A DNA stretch of 63,971 nucleotides, filler included, from Sluysia triapertura (GCA_046118255.1; 4 parts of 4 records of this genome joined end to end with filler, not necessarily neighbours in it); one strand, 5' to 3'; numbered from the whole stretch's first letter, positions 14,738-26,832 are shown. The notes: generated by a model not told the origin, from the letters alone. Program-made: numbers and translations.

Positions 14738-15838
14738 TGCTAGTGTTTTTCTTACACTTAAGCAAATTACCTGAAGAGTCGGTTCGCCTAATATATACGT
14801 TTTACACCAAAACTGGAGACGTATTATTAGGATTTACTATTATTTTATGTTAGTGCTTACTTAACACCTTAACTTACAGATACTAAATTAATCTTACAGA
14901 TAGTTAATTAAATTAATTAAGATTTTATGTATATATTACGCAACCCTTTTTATGGTGTTGCTTTTTGTAAAAATAATTAAAATTCCGCAACCCTTGTATG
15001 GTGTTGCTCGAAAATATTTATGATTTTATATTTACGCAACCCTGTTATGGTGTTGCTTATGAAAACTATTCTTTATAAATTTAAAAATTACGCAACCCAG
15101 CTATGGTGTTGCTTTAATAAAGATTTTAGTTTAATAATAAAAAACTTAAAAAACTAAATTATATTATAATACACTTAAAAAACTTAAAAACAATAAAACT
15201 TAAAAATAATTTATAACCAAAAAATTATAATAACAATAAGATTTTATTGAAGTTACTCAATTACAAATTGGTAACTTATGAAGTTTAAGCAAAGATTTCG
15301 CAACCCAGTTATGGTGTTGCATACAAAAATTAAATGAATTTACGTGGATATTATGTTTCCCCTTATGGTGAAACGAAAACTTAAGCAAATAAAAATTACT
15401 TAGGCATGGAAGAAATCATCTTTGCATAAAAGTTGGTCTTCGTTTGAATTGTAAAATCTTCTGAAAAACTAAAATTTTCTCCTTTCTAAAATGTCTTCTT
15501 AAAATTTTCTTTATTACTGAAATTCTATTAAATTAACAAAAAATGTCTACCTTTTTATACTAATTTCTTCAAAATGTCTTCTTATTTAATTTATTTTGAT
15601 TCACTTAAACAATAATTTCTGGATTTTTCTTTTTTAATCATTTATTTTGAAATTTAATTATTTATTTTTAATTTTAACTTAATTTAATTTATTTTAATTT
15701 TTATTTCTAATTCTAAATTTTAATATTTTAATTTTTTAATTTCTTTAAATTTTTTTAATATAATAATAATAATAAAATTAAAGAATGTAATGTTCAATAA
15801 TAAAATCAAGAATAATATACACAATTTACATTCTGACA
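14738..15838. mobile_element. Solo-LTR-like repeat, family B, copy 1, with an internal hairpin array
   Basis: TG...CA termini. Shares CTGAAGAGT.GGT.CGCCTAATATATA and TGGAGACGTATTATTAGGATTT with 46394-47373. Contains GCAACCC-N4-5-ATGGTGTTGC five times plus one variant. Confidence 0.7.
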
Positions 15839-15890
15839 TATCCAAATAGGTTATTATTATTAGAATTACTTCTAGACTCTCCTTAAATTT

Positions 15891-16002
15891 TAAAATAAAA
15901 TTATGTTTAACCGTAAACTAAAGTTCAGTATCAAATTTTAAGTAATTATGTTTAAAATAAAATTATGTTTAACCGTAAACTAAAGTTCAGTATCAAATTT
16001 TA
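15891..16002. repeat. Tandem duplication with a 62-nt period
   Basis: TAAAATAAAATTATGTTTAACCGTAAACTAAAGTTCAGTATCAAATTTTA at 15891 and again at 15953. Confidence 0.9.
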
Positions 16003-16850
16003 TGTTTCTTAATGTAAAGGAAGAATTTAACTTACAGATACTCGAAAATAATATCAAAATGATTGATTTCAAATCGTGTAAATCAGGATATTTTTTCAGC
16101 CGGATCACAAATAATACCAAAATCAAATTATCTTCTTTGTTGGAATATTTCGGAAACAATTAAAAAAACGAAACAAAAGTCATTCTTGAATTCGCAGGAA
16201 CCAAATGATCAAATCGTGTAAGTCAATTTATTTTCTTCACAGGAACAAAATGATTTATCAACAATTCGCTGTCTTTTTGCAATTAATTGAATAGTATATC
16301 AGCTAAAAAAAGTTGTCGAATTAATACTAACTAATATTACTATATGACTATTCTTAAGTCAACATAAGTAATTATCTATTTATTTAGGTAACAAAATATG
16401 GAATTCTCATGGTATTTATTTTAAATTATTTATTTTTTAGATAATAGCATAACAGGATATCTGGTAACTTATTATGTTTAACTGATAATTTTATTTTTTT
16501 AGATTACCAAATGTCAAGCTCTCGGGTTATGTGTTTTATATTTATTTATTATTATAATTTATAATAATAATAATTATTTTTTAGATTCCATATTTTGTGA
16601 TCATCTATATTATGTGATCCTGACAAATAATTAGAAAGATCAGATTCCGTTTTCTACTATTTTATTGTCGAATTATTTTTCAGAGTATTGTTTAGAAATA
16701 ATGTGTTTAAAACTATTTCAATGTCTCTTTATTAAATTATCCATACTAATGTAGTTATATTTTTATTTTAATTCACATTATTTTTAATTTAATATTATTT
16801 TTTTTACTGAAATTGTTTAAATATTATTTAATGATAAAATAAACTGCGAT

Positions 16851-18888
16851 ATGTTAGATATATGTAAATTAACAAAAAATGAAGTTAGTCGTTATGGTCG
16901 TCAAATCATAGTGGGAGATTTTGGTGTTAACAGTAAATGGTTTTATTTCGTTACTAAATATCTCATTTTTTTATTAGCTCAATATAATTTACGAGATGCC
17001 ACTATATTAGTCATTGGTTTTAATGATATTACGAAATGTGCTGTTATTTATTTAGCAGCTGCTGGAATTGGAAAAATTAAATTGTTTTATAATCACGCAG
17101 AAATTTATGAATTGAAGTGCGATATAACAAAATTGAATTCTGCAGTACAAGTTGAATTTATTCAAGAATTGTCTAAAAAGGATAAATTTGATGCTATATT
17201 ATTGAATGAAGACTGTAAAGACATAGCATGTAAAGGTCCTATTTTTCAATCGGAAATAGATGGCTCGGTTTGCCGTTTAAGGTTACTTTTAGAAAGTGAT
17301 AATTTGTCGGATTGTAATGCTAAATATGAGTCTAAATGTGTTGGGTGTTCCGATTTAATGGGTTTGTTTCAAGCTACTGAAGTTATAAAATATATTGGTA
17401 AATTAGGTAAAGTAAAGCAAACATTTACATTTGACATAAATGAACATAAATTTACAAAAAAAATGGATTCTAAAAATCACTTAAAAGAAAAAAAGCTAAA
17501 TTCCGTTTTAATTGTTGGTTGTGGAGGTCTTGGATGTCCAGCCGCACATACAATTGCTAATTCTGGTTGTTTTTCAACAATAGGTTTAGTAGATAATGAT
17601 GTTGTTGAAGAATCTAATTTGCACAGACAAGTTTATCACAACGAAGAACGAATTGGAATGCTAAAAACCGAATCTTTGAAATGGCACATTGGAAAGTAAT
17701 GTATTTAGAATAATTAGTAATTATTTATTTAGAATAAATTCTAATTTAAATGTAGAAACTTTTAATGCTCGATTACGACGTGATAATGCAATAGATATTA
17801 TTAAAAAGTAAGCTTATATTTCTGTCACGATATAAATATTAGGTATGATGTCATATTAGATTGTACTGATAATATTCCCACGAGTTATCTGGTTAGCGAT
17901 TGTTGTGTATTGCTGCAGAAACCTCTTGTTAAGGGAAATGCACTTAAATTAGCTGGTCATTTAGCAGTTTATTGTTACCGAGGTAGTCCTTGTTATCGAT
18001 GTATTATTCCAACACCGCCGGATGTTGTGGGTAATTGTGCTGATAATGGAGTACTTGGATCAGTGCCCGGTGTCATGGGAACTTTGCAGGCAATTGAAGC
18101 TATCAAAATTGTATCCGGTAAAGAATGTATGGCTGGTCAATTCCTTTTATAATGCTTTATCGAGTGATATTCGAGTTTTTAAACTCGGTAATCGGAAATC
18201 CAATTGTTTGGCTTGCGGGAGTAACTTAGATAATCGTATAAATATGAATTTAATGGATTATCGGGAATTTTGTGGCATGCCTGATGATGATAATGCTTGC
18301 AAATCAATTCGATTGTTGGAACCTCATGAACGAATTTCCGTTGAGGTTAGTTGCTTTATTTAATGCTTTATAATTATAATTATTGGTTGAAATGTTTAGA
18401 TAAAAAATTTAAAGTATGTTAAAGAAATGATATTAGGCCGAGTAAAATTTATTGACTTTGAATATTCTCCGTGTGTATCGTTTAAAGCCTTCCTGAAAAG
18501 AATGAATGTTATTGTTATAAACATGTTTGGTGCAGTTTAGAATTACGTTTCTTTGTGTGGTCACATAAAATTTTATTGTTTAACTGTACATGAAAAGGAC
18601 CTTTTCATCGTATCATATTTGATAAGGTGTTATGTGTAGTGTATGTCTCTTCCACATGATGTTTGTCCAAAGTCTCGTTATGGATGACTTGTATCTAAAC
18701 AAGAAATGAGCCTCTTATTGTCATTTTAAATTCTTATTGTTTTCCGATTTTGAAACATTTCACTGATATATTTATTTTATTTTTAATTCAGGAATATCAG
18801 CAAGTAGTCATCAGTGGTCAGATACATGTCTTGTTAGATGTGCGTCCAAAAGAACAGCGCGATATTTGCCGAATTAAAAATTGTTTAG
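16851..18888 (+). CDS. MOCS3: MOCS3/UBA4-like adenylyltransferase-sulfurtransferase with an extra degenerate N-terminal ThiF domain. Exons 16851-16932, 16978-17695, 17733-17807, 17843-18345, 18792-18888; 3' end not found; frameshift at ~18148
   Basis: Motifs [83 protein letters not shown] and rhodanese start [12 protein letters not shown] introns restore the frame at each junction. Confidence 0.9.
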
Positions 18889-21699
18889 GTTATATTTTAT
18901 TCGAATTTGATAATACATTTGATTTTTCCAAAAACTGTTATTCTAAGTCATGTCTTAACTGATGCGATTTTGAAGCTGCAATTTCGATTTAGAAAAAACG
19001 AATGTTTTCACTACATTCCAACAACCTCAATGAGAATTGAACGTTTTTAATAGTTTTGGTTATCCAGCCAAACTGGATAATAAAATTTTATAGAGTGCTT
19101 TAATAATCTAAGAACATGGGCGTGCGCATTACTTTTTATAATCATTAATAAACATGTGGAATCTGTAACTCCTTCGATGAAAATTGGTCACTTAGTATTA
19201 TATAATCGAGAAAACACAGCAATAAGCACAAAGAGATGTGTTATAAAAATAAACTCGATGGTCGAATTAGAGAGTGATGTTTAATAAATGAAACAAAGTA
19301 TTGTATTGCTGGTAATTTAGTGCTGGGTTTTACAACGTTTAGGATAAAATAGAGAATTTGAACTTAGTCTAGAATCTGATTTAGAAACACCCTTAGTATG
19401 AGATTCCTTTACATTTATTGTCATAAGTAAGGTATTCGAAATTTAAAAATAAGTTAAATAATTGAATAAAAATTAATTTAGTTTACTACACAATCAAAAT
19501 AACTTGAATACAAAACTTTTAGTAAAATAGGTTAAGTATAGATCGACATGTTCGAAATGGATCAAATCTAATTGCCATGAAATTCAAATATTTATAAGAA
19601 CGAGTAGAATGTCGATGGTGTGAATTAGAATAACCACCTAGTCTTACCAAATCGTTGAAATTAATATACATCAATCAGGTTTACTAATGGCTAATGAACT
19701 AGTTGTAGTTATATTTTGCTGCATGATTAGTTTTAACCCTAATAATATTGAATTATTAAAACTTGGCTTTGTAAGCCAGGTGTGTTTTAATTATAAGAGA
19801 CCCAACAGAATATCATCCTACTAATATTTATCATTTCTATAATATGTAAAAATAAGAAAGTTCATTTAGCCAGATATCAAGAGAAGCACCACAAATAAGT
19901 ATAAGTATAAATATAAATACAAGATTAAAGCCAGTACATTTTCCGATGTTGAAATTGTATATATTAACATGACTGCGTTAAAAGAAGTACGCGGTTTTAC
20001 AAGTACGTGCTTTGAAAAAAATTGAATTAAATAAATTTAACAATTAATCACTATATATATTCACTCTAAACAATATAAAATAACTTAATTAATTCAACAC
20101 AAAAAATATAAAAATATATAATAGCAATAATTAGTTTAACAGGTACTTAAAAATTTAAGATGATTTTAACCTAGCGTTTTTACGGTCTAGGAAAGTTTAT
20201 AAAGTTTAAGTGTATTTTATTTTCAGCAAGTTGATATCAGAAATTAAACTTATTTCAAATAATTCTTAGTTATAAATTGTCAATATGACTACAAATCCCT
20301 CTTCTATTTATATGGTTTTTTCTGCTACCACATTAACTATTTACAACTGTCTATTAATTACTTCAAATAAACAAAACTTACAATTTTCTTTATCTAATAA
20401 TATAAAACAAATTTATAATTTTCTTTAATTATTTAAAAATTTTAATTAAAAAGTTATAATATATTTTATATATAATAATTTACATTTAAATATTTAATTT
20501 ATACATTTAATATTTTATTTAAAATTTTATTTTAAAAATTTATTAATATTTTATTTAATATAATAACTATAAAGATTTAAAAAAGTAAACAATAAATTAA
20601 GTAATAAAATTAATTACAGAAATATTTTTACAAATAATAAACAAAAAATTATAAGTAATAAATCAACTCAACATGATAAATAAAGTCATATTCATACTTG
20701 CTCAAATCTGAAAACAGGTAGAGTTTGAAGTGTATTTTGTCCCAAAATCAATATTATTATCGTGGAATCTTGTATTATAGTTATTTTAACAGTTGGCTAT
20801 ATTACAAATTTTATTAATCACAAAACAAAGTGTTTGAAACCTAAGCAATTCACGAACAAAAATGTGCAGATCAATAAATGACTTCCAGAATACTAATTTC
20901 AATATTTTTCAATGATAATAAAATGAGGTGACAAATTTTTTACTTGATAAACTCCATAAACGCCACCATTTATAAAATTTCATTTGCACATCTAAATTAA
21001 AGACTGATTTTTATCTATGATAATTCAAATTGTTTTTACAAAGTATCATAGAATTATCATACACTATGGAAATTCAATTTTATTCAGTAAAAAATGAAAA
21101 TTCTGCAAACAGCAGAAAAAAGCTACATTATAAAACAACATCAAACATTGAATCTTAAATTTTGCTATAGACCATTATTCCTAAGAAAAATTAAATTATA
21201 AATAAATTATATAAAACTTAAGTGATTTGAAAAAAATAATGCACTTGATAAAAAATATTGGACCCTCTACGATTAATTATCGTTTATAACAAAAATCATT
21301 ACATGATTTATATTGGTAGTTTTGAGAGTGCTATCAGTTAGTTTTATTGTATTCACTAGTAATAGATAATAAGGAATAACACGTGAGCCTCAAAATATCC
21401 ATTCAGTATATTTTACTTTACCTTGACTGTAGTCTGTAACAATTTTTAATAATAATGTTAACAATTTTAATAATAATAATATTAATCGAATTAATAATAA
21501 TATACCAACCTGGAAGACGATGACGACAATATTAAATTTTCCAAAAAATTCTTTAAAATTATAATTTCCGATAATTAATATTTAATTCAGTATTTTTGAA
21601 ATTCTAAACTTAAATTAAATATTTAAATATTCAAATTATAAATGTCTAAACATTTAAATTTACATTAATATTTAGACTTTAACCACTAATGTTTAATTA

Positions 21700-21759
21700 A
21701 TGATTAAGAATGTTTATTAATTGACTAAGATGATTAAGAATGTTTATTAATTGACTAAG
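21700..21759. repeat. 30-nt tandem duplication
   Basis: ATGATTAAGAATGTTTATTAATTGACTAAG twice. Confidence 0.9.
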
Positions 21760-24049
21760 ACTAATGTTAATGTTTACTTTACAATATTAAACAAAAATAA
21801 AAATGTCATACAATGTATCTAGACCACAATAATAGTTACTTGATTATCGACAACATGACAACTTGGTCACTAATCATAATGACATGATTTTACAAAAGAT
21901 TTTACTTAGAAACCTTTAAAAAATTTAGACAAAAGATTTTAAGTTAAAATTTACATAAAAATGTACAAAAAAATAAACTATCGATTACAAAATAACAAAT
22001 TGATTAGTTTGAGAAAACTGTAACTGAAACTGTTGGAAATTAATCATTTATGAATCATCTATGTTGTGTCATAATGTATATCATATTTATAGTGAATTTG
22101 TTTTGACCTTGATAAATTAAAACAAAGAAAAATTAAATTTACATAATTCAATCAAAATCAAAATAATATAATAATATCCAAATGATTATGTTAAATAATC
22201 CAAATAAAATTGTCCAATTAATAATAATGTTATCAAACAATAAATATTGATTATCATATAATGTGATTAATATTAATTCATCATTAATAATATTGATTAT
22301 TTATTCAAGTATATTAACATAAACGTTATTAGCATGAGTGTGTTGTAACAGTACTTTTGATTTTGATTTGTTGTTATATGGATAGAATAATATTTTTATT
22401 AAATCAGGAAGATTATCGATTTTCGATTTTTAATTGTAAATGTTTTCCAATCGATATCGAATGGCAGTTGGTTTTTTGTTTAATCGATAAGTGATTTAAA
22501 TAATTCTCCAATAATTGTATTAAATCGAAATTGAACTCTTCTAAAAATAATATCAATCAATTTTTCTGAAACTATTTATCTTTAGGTAATATTTCCTTTG
22601 TTTCATTTATAATCAATGAATATAGGAATCAATTTCGTGCTTTCATTCCATAATATGTTTATATTGAATATCTTTTCTCATTAATTTTGCTGTTTCTGTT
22701 GATTGTATAAGGAATTATTGATTTCATTTGTCCTGGATCTAATGATATTAATTGTAAAACCAATTGAAATATATGCATAATACATGAGACAAGAATATAA
22801 CAGCAAAAAACCATAATAACAGCGACGAGATAATAAAAAATAAATATAGAGAGAATAGTTATACAAAAGAAGTACATTCGATAATAATTGCTAAACTATG
22901 ACAGAAATGGTAATAATAAAAATAACGGTCAAGTAACAACCACAAGTGATAAAAAATTGATAACTAAAATAACAATAATAGCGTTTAAGTTTTGTAGATT
23001 TTATACTACTATGAAAGGGTTTGTATGAAGAAGTTTGTTATTGTATGTGTTTATGGTAGAGTAAGAATGTTTCGTTGTGATTAAAGTTGTTGCTGAAATA
23101 TGTTGCGTAGTTGACTATCTTTTAATTGTTGTTGATGAGTTGTTTATATGTTGCAAATTTGTTGTACGAGTTAAAGGTTTGTTTGTTTGTTTGTTTGTTT
23201 GTTTGTTTGTTATATGTAAATTATTAATATTATGTATATTTTGAACGTAAAATGTACACTTTTAGGTCGAATTCATCAAACTTACATAAAAGTGATATAA
23301 TATTTTAAAATTTGTCTTCATAAAAGAGAAAATTTAACAATTCGACTCACATTTAAATTATGTACATTTTATAACTCGAATAATCCTTATAATGATTTTG
23401 AAACTAAAATCTTATGATATGGTATTGTTTTTGTACTTTTTTGCAATATTAAAACTTTTAATTTTGGCTTTTGTTTTTGAAGTAATGTTATCGAAAAATC
23501 AATATTAGATTTGATAATTCAAGTACTGTAAAACTTTTCTACACAATTAATCATTTTTAAAAATACCAGTTCGAAACAATTTCGAAATAAATAAGTTAAT
23601 TTATTCGTGTTTAATTTACTCTGAATACTAATTAATAGCTTTGCAGTTACATTGAATCGTCAGAATATTGCTGGCATAAAAAATAGGTCTCATCGGGTTG
23701 TAACTATGGTAACTGTGATCATTTATCATCTATAATAATGATAATAATAATATTTTTAATGTAAAAAAATTAGGGCGTGACTTCTATTTATAGAAATGAA
23801 GAAACTAATTATTTGATGGTGTAACATCAATCACAAAAGGCGTTGTAAATAAATATAGAAGGAGAAATAATGAATAAAGATTTAATCGCGACGAGTGTAG
23901 ATAATAATCGAAAACGGCTATTACTTCGATAGTCGGATAGATTAATATAATAGTCGATGATTTGGCTACATTTTGATAGTCATTGGTATAATTTCCAGAA
24001 TCACAATTCATTTTCAAGCTGCTCTTTGGATAACGATAGCTCTGCGTGG

Positions 24050-24570
24050 AAAATTGCAAGTGCAACTTAAGTGTAAAATTTCCCTCGATACCTTTGTTGT
24101 GGGTGCCCTTGGTTCCTGGGATCCTAATAATGACCTTCTTCTTAAATCTTTGGGTTTTCGCAAGACAGAAATTAATACTTTAGCTCGTCAGTGTGTTCAG
24201 ATTTCCCTAGAGTCTTTTAATATTTATAAGGGCCACACCCTCCAGTTTCCTGACTAACTAATTTATTTCCTCTTCTATGTTTGAAAGTTTTCTACCGTCT
24301 GTTCATGTTCTAGTTCTCCTTTCACTTTTCATTTTTCAATTCTCTTTCTTCTCCTTCTTCACTAATCATTTCCTCATTTCAAATATTTTTCTCTTCACAA
24401 ACTGGAAGCCGTCACTTCACAATGGTCGAATCCAGAACAATTCAGACTATTCAACCAAATTCCAGTGGCACGAACTTTGAATTTTACAAATCAACATTGT
24501 TTTGACCCCATTTTTTTAATTGTCTTTGATTATTTATACTTTGTACCATGTTTTAAAAATAAAAATTTTC
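24050..24570 (+). mobile_element. 3' end of a 5'-truncated RLE-type non-LTR retrotransposon (NeSL/Utopia/R5-like)
   Basis: SLDTFVVGALGSWDPNNDLLLKSLGF...ISLESFNIYKGH* matches the conserved C-terminus after the restriction-like endonuclease (VGxLGSWDPxN...IYxxH). It is followed by a pyrimidine-rich 3' UTR and AATAAA at 24558. Confidence 0.75.
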
Positions 24571-24574
24571 AATT

Positions 24575-24634
24575 CATCGAACGCAAGAGGTCCTGAGTTC
24601 GATCTCCACTTAGTTCATTTTATGAAGTCTAACA
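24575..24634 (+). pseudogene. Degenerate 3' half of a tRNA-like element (same family as 54352)
   Basis: GAGGTCCTGAGTTCGATC (B-box) followed by CATTTTATGAAGTCTAACA, matching CATTTTACGAAGTCTAACA after the 54352 copy. Confidence 0.65.
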
Positions 24635-25415
24635 TTTTCATACATGATCTCAATAATTTCAATAGTTTTATTTTGAACAGACCTAACACTTTGAATACCA
24701 AATTTAGTATCTTTTTGAACTTATTTCAGAATTGGCAGTGGATATTACATTTAATAGAAATTTAATTATTATTATTTCGTTGCACACAGAATACTTAGTC
24801 AATATTAATGTTTAAATGATATTAACACTGGCGAGATTTTATTGTTTTGTAGAAAATCCCATTGATTTTTAAAAGAAATACAATAATTCAATCAATATTT
24901 ATTCAATATTTATCAATATTCATTTAATAATCCTGTTTAAGACGTCTCAATTGACTTTCGTGTTAACAACACATTATTTCGATATTTGTGATAAAGAAAA
25001 TTCAATTTATTAATGCTTATAATTTTATTGATCCGAATAATTTTAAAAAGTGTAGAAACCTAGTTTAAGAAATCAAAATAAAATAAAATTGTAAACTAAA
25101 AGTTAAACTCGAAATTATAAAATGGAATTTAGTTTATAAATTGAAATTATAATTTTAATTGGCTTTTCATATATTTTCTTGCATTAAAAAAATTTTTGAA
25201 TTATTTTATCTAAAAGCATTTTTAATATTAATAGAATTTTGCACTTTTTCACCAAGAGACTTGATTTAAAATAAATCACTTTCAAGTTTAAAATGTTATA
25301 AAGTTGTCAAATATTATTTCAAGTTAAACAATCATAACTGTTCTTAATTGTTAAAGTTTCAACTTCGAGTCATTTACTAAATATTGTAAAGTAATTATCG
25401 ACTTAAGAAATTTAA

Positions 25416-25636
25416 CCCATTAGCAACCATGGTTGTCAAATGACAACTTTACGGTTTATATTTTTTTTTATTGCATTATATTTTTAATGAAATTTCCTAG
25501 CGAAACAATTGCATTGGTATGTGTTGCGTACACAAATATTTTTATAAGATTTGATTTTGTGTGTAAGTAACATACCAAGATAAGTAAATGCATGTCATGA
25601 TTTTTAAATTTTGAAAAAAATCTGGTCCTTAATGGG
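25416..25636. mobile_element. piggyBac-type MITE (221 bp)
   Basis: TTAA on both sides; TIR CCCATTAGCAACCA vs reverse complement CCCATTAAGGACCA. Confidence 0.75.
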
Positions 25637-26579
25637 TTAAATAAAAATTAACATTAAAGGATTTCATAAATATTTATTAATATTCTCGTAATTTTAAATA
25701 ATAAAGTCACAGTTTTTAATAACAAAATGAATAATTATCGAAATTTTGGCATATCGGAAATTCCTCAAAATCCATGAAGTTGTGAAAGTATGTACTGCTG
25801 AAAATTGGTATCAAAAGTATGGTAGTGGTAGTAACTATTACTATTATTGTTACAATTGTTATTCATTTGTTCATTTCGTGCAAACTTCTATTGTTTGTAT
25901 TTTGTCTCTATTATTAAAGCTTTTATCTCTATTAGATATATTTAGATCTATTATGAACTGGAGAAAAACGATACCAATTAATAAATTTAACAATTAGTAT
26001 ACGAAAAATCAAAACATGAATAGGAAATTTTTTGAATGTGTTTATTTATTGTTCCTCTCATTATGACTACCTGCCAGTTTTCAGTCCTTTCTTAATAATG
26101 ATATTCACATTAATAGAAGCAACTACACTAGTGTGTGTCATAGGACTTATTTATAAAAGTATTCAAAATGAATATATCAAATTAACAAAGAAAACAGTAT
26201 TATCCCAATTTTGATGCAACATATTTGTCTACAACTTCTTTTCATATTATCTTAACTATAGTTATTGCAGATTTGGCTCCTTTATATTTCTTCTTTCTCA
26301 TACATGATGGTGGCTCCTGACTTGAAATCAGTACCAGTGTCAGTTATTATTTTATATCAATAGGTGTTAATTTGTTCGGCAAATTTAATATTTATTTGTC
26401 TGAAGTTTTATTAATAATGCAACATTCAAATAAAATAAACTTATATTCTATTAATGATCAAAAACAATTTTGTAAGATTATATTGAAGCAAAATGAATAA
26501 GCTTTTAAAAACTTATTGTTGCTGTCCTAAAATGAATGATTGTAGTAGTCCTAGTTGGTTCATTCAGTACATCTCAATA

Positions 26580-26832
26580 CTTCTAATGACTAGTGAATGT
26601 TGGCTTTTAATGGATCATCTCAAAGACTTATTAGAATTAATGTTTAATAATAACAAAACTTTGATTACTCTTTAATACCCTTTGATTATATATGTAGACA
26701 ATCATCAGATTATATTGATTAAATTCTGTGTGAAAAGGTCATACATCAGGATTGAATGCACTCATTATTATTAATGATGTTTATAGACGCGACGATATGG
26801 ATTCAACATATTATTCTACATTTGTCAACTGC
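26580..26832 (+). mobile_element. Highly decayed Ty1/Copia RNase H-like remnant
   Basis: Broken frames give LKDLLEL...PLIIYVDNHQII...KRS...H.INDVY...YYST..QL, resembling the Copia PxxIYxDNQxAI...KHI...H..RD...Y..T..QLAD pattern. Confidence 0.35.

Noticed and set aside
14940-15320. CRISPR array (palindromic repeats with unique spacers)
   Set aside because: Eukaryotic context, no cas genes, variable repeat loops, low-complexity AT spacers, and the array lies inside a dispersed TG...CA repeat. Kept as a hairpin array instead.
22659-23200. Hydrophobic ORFs preceded by Thr-rich sequence (mucin-like membrane protein?)
   Set aside because: The hydrophobicity is explained by AT bias and the frames are interrupted.
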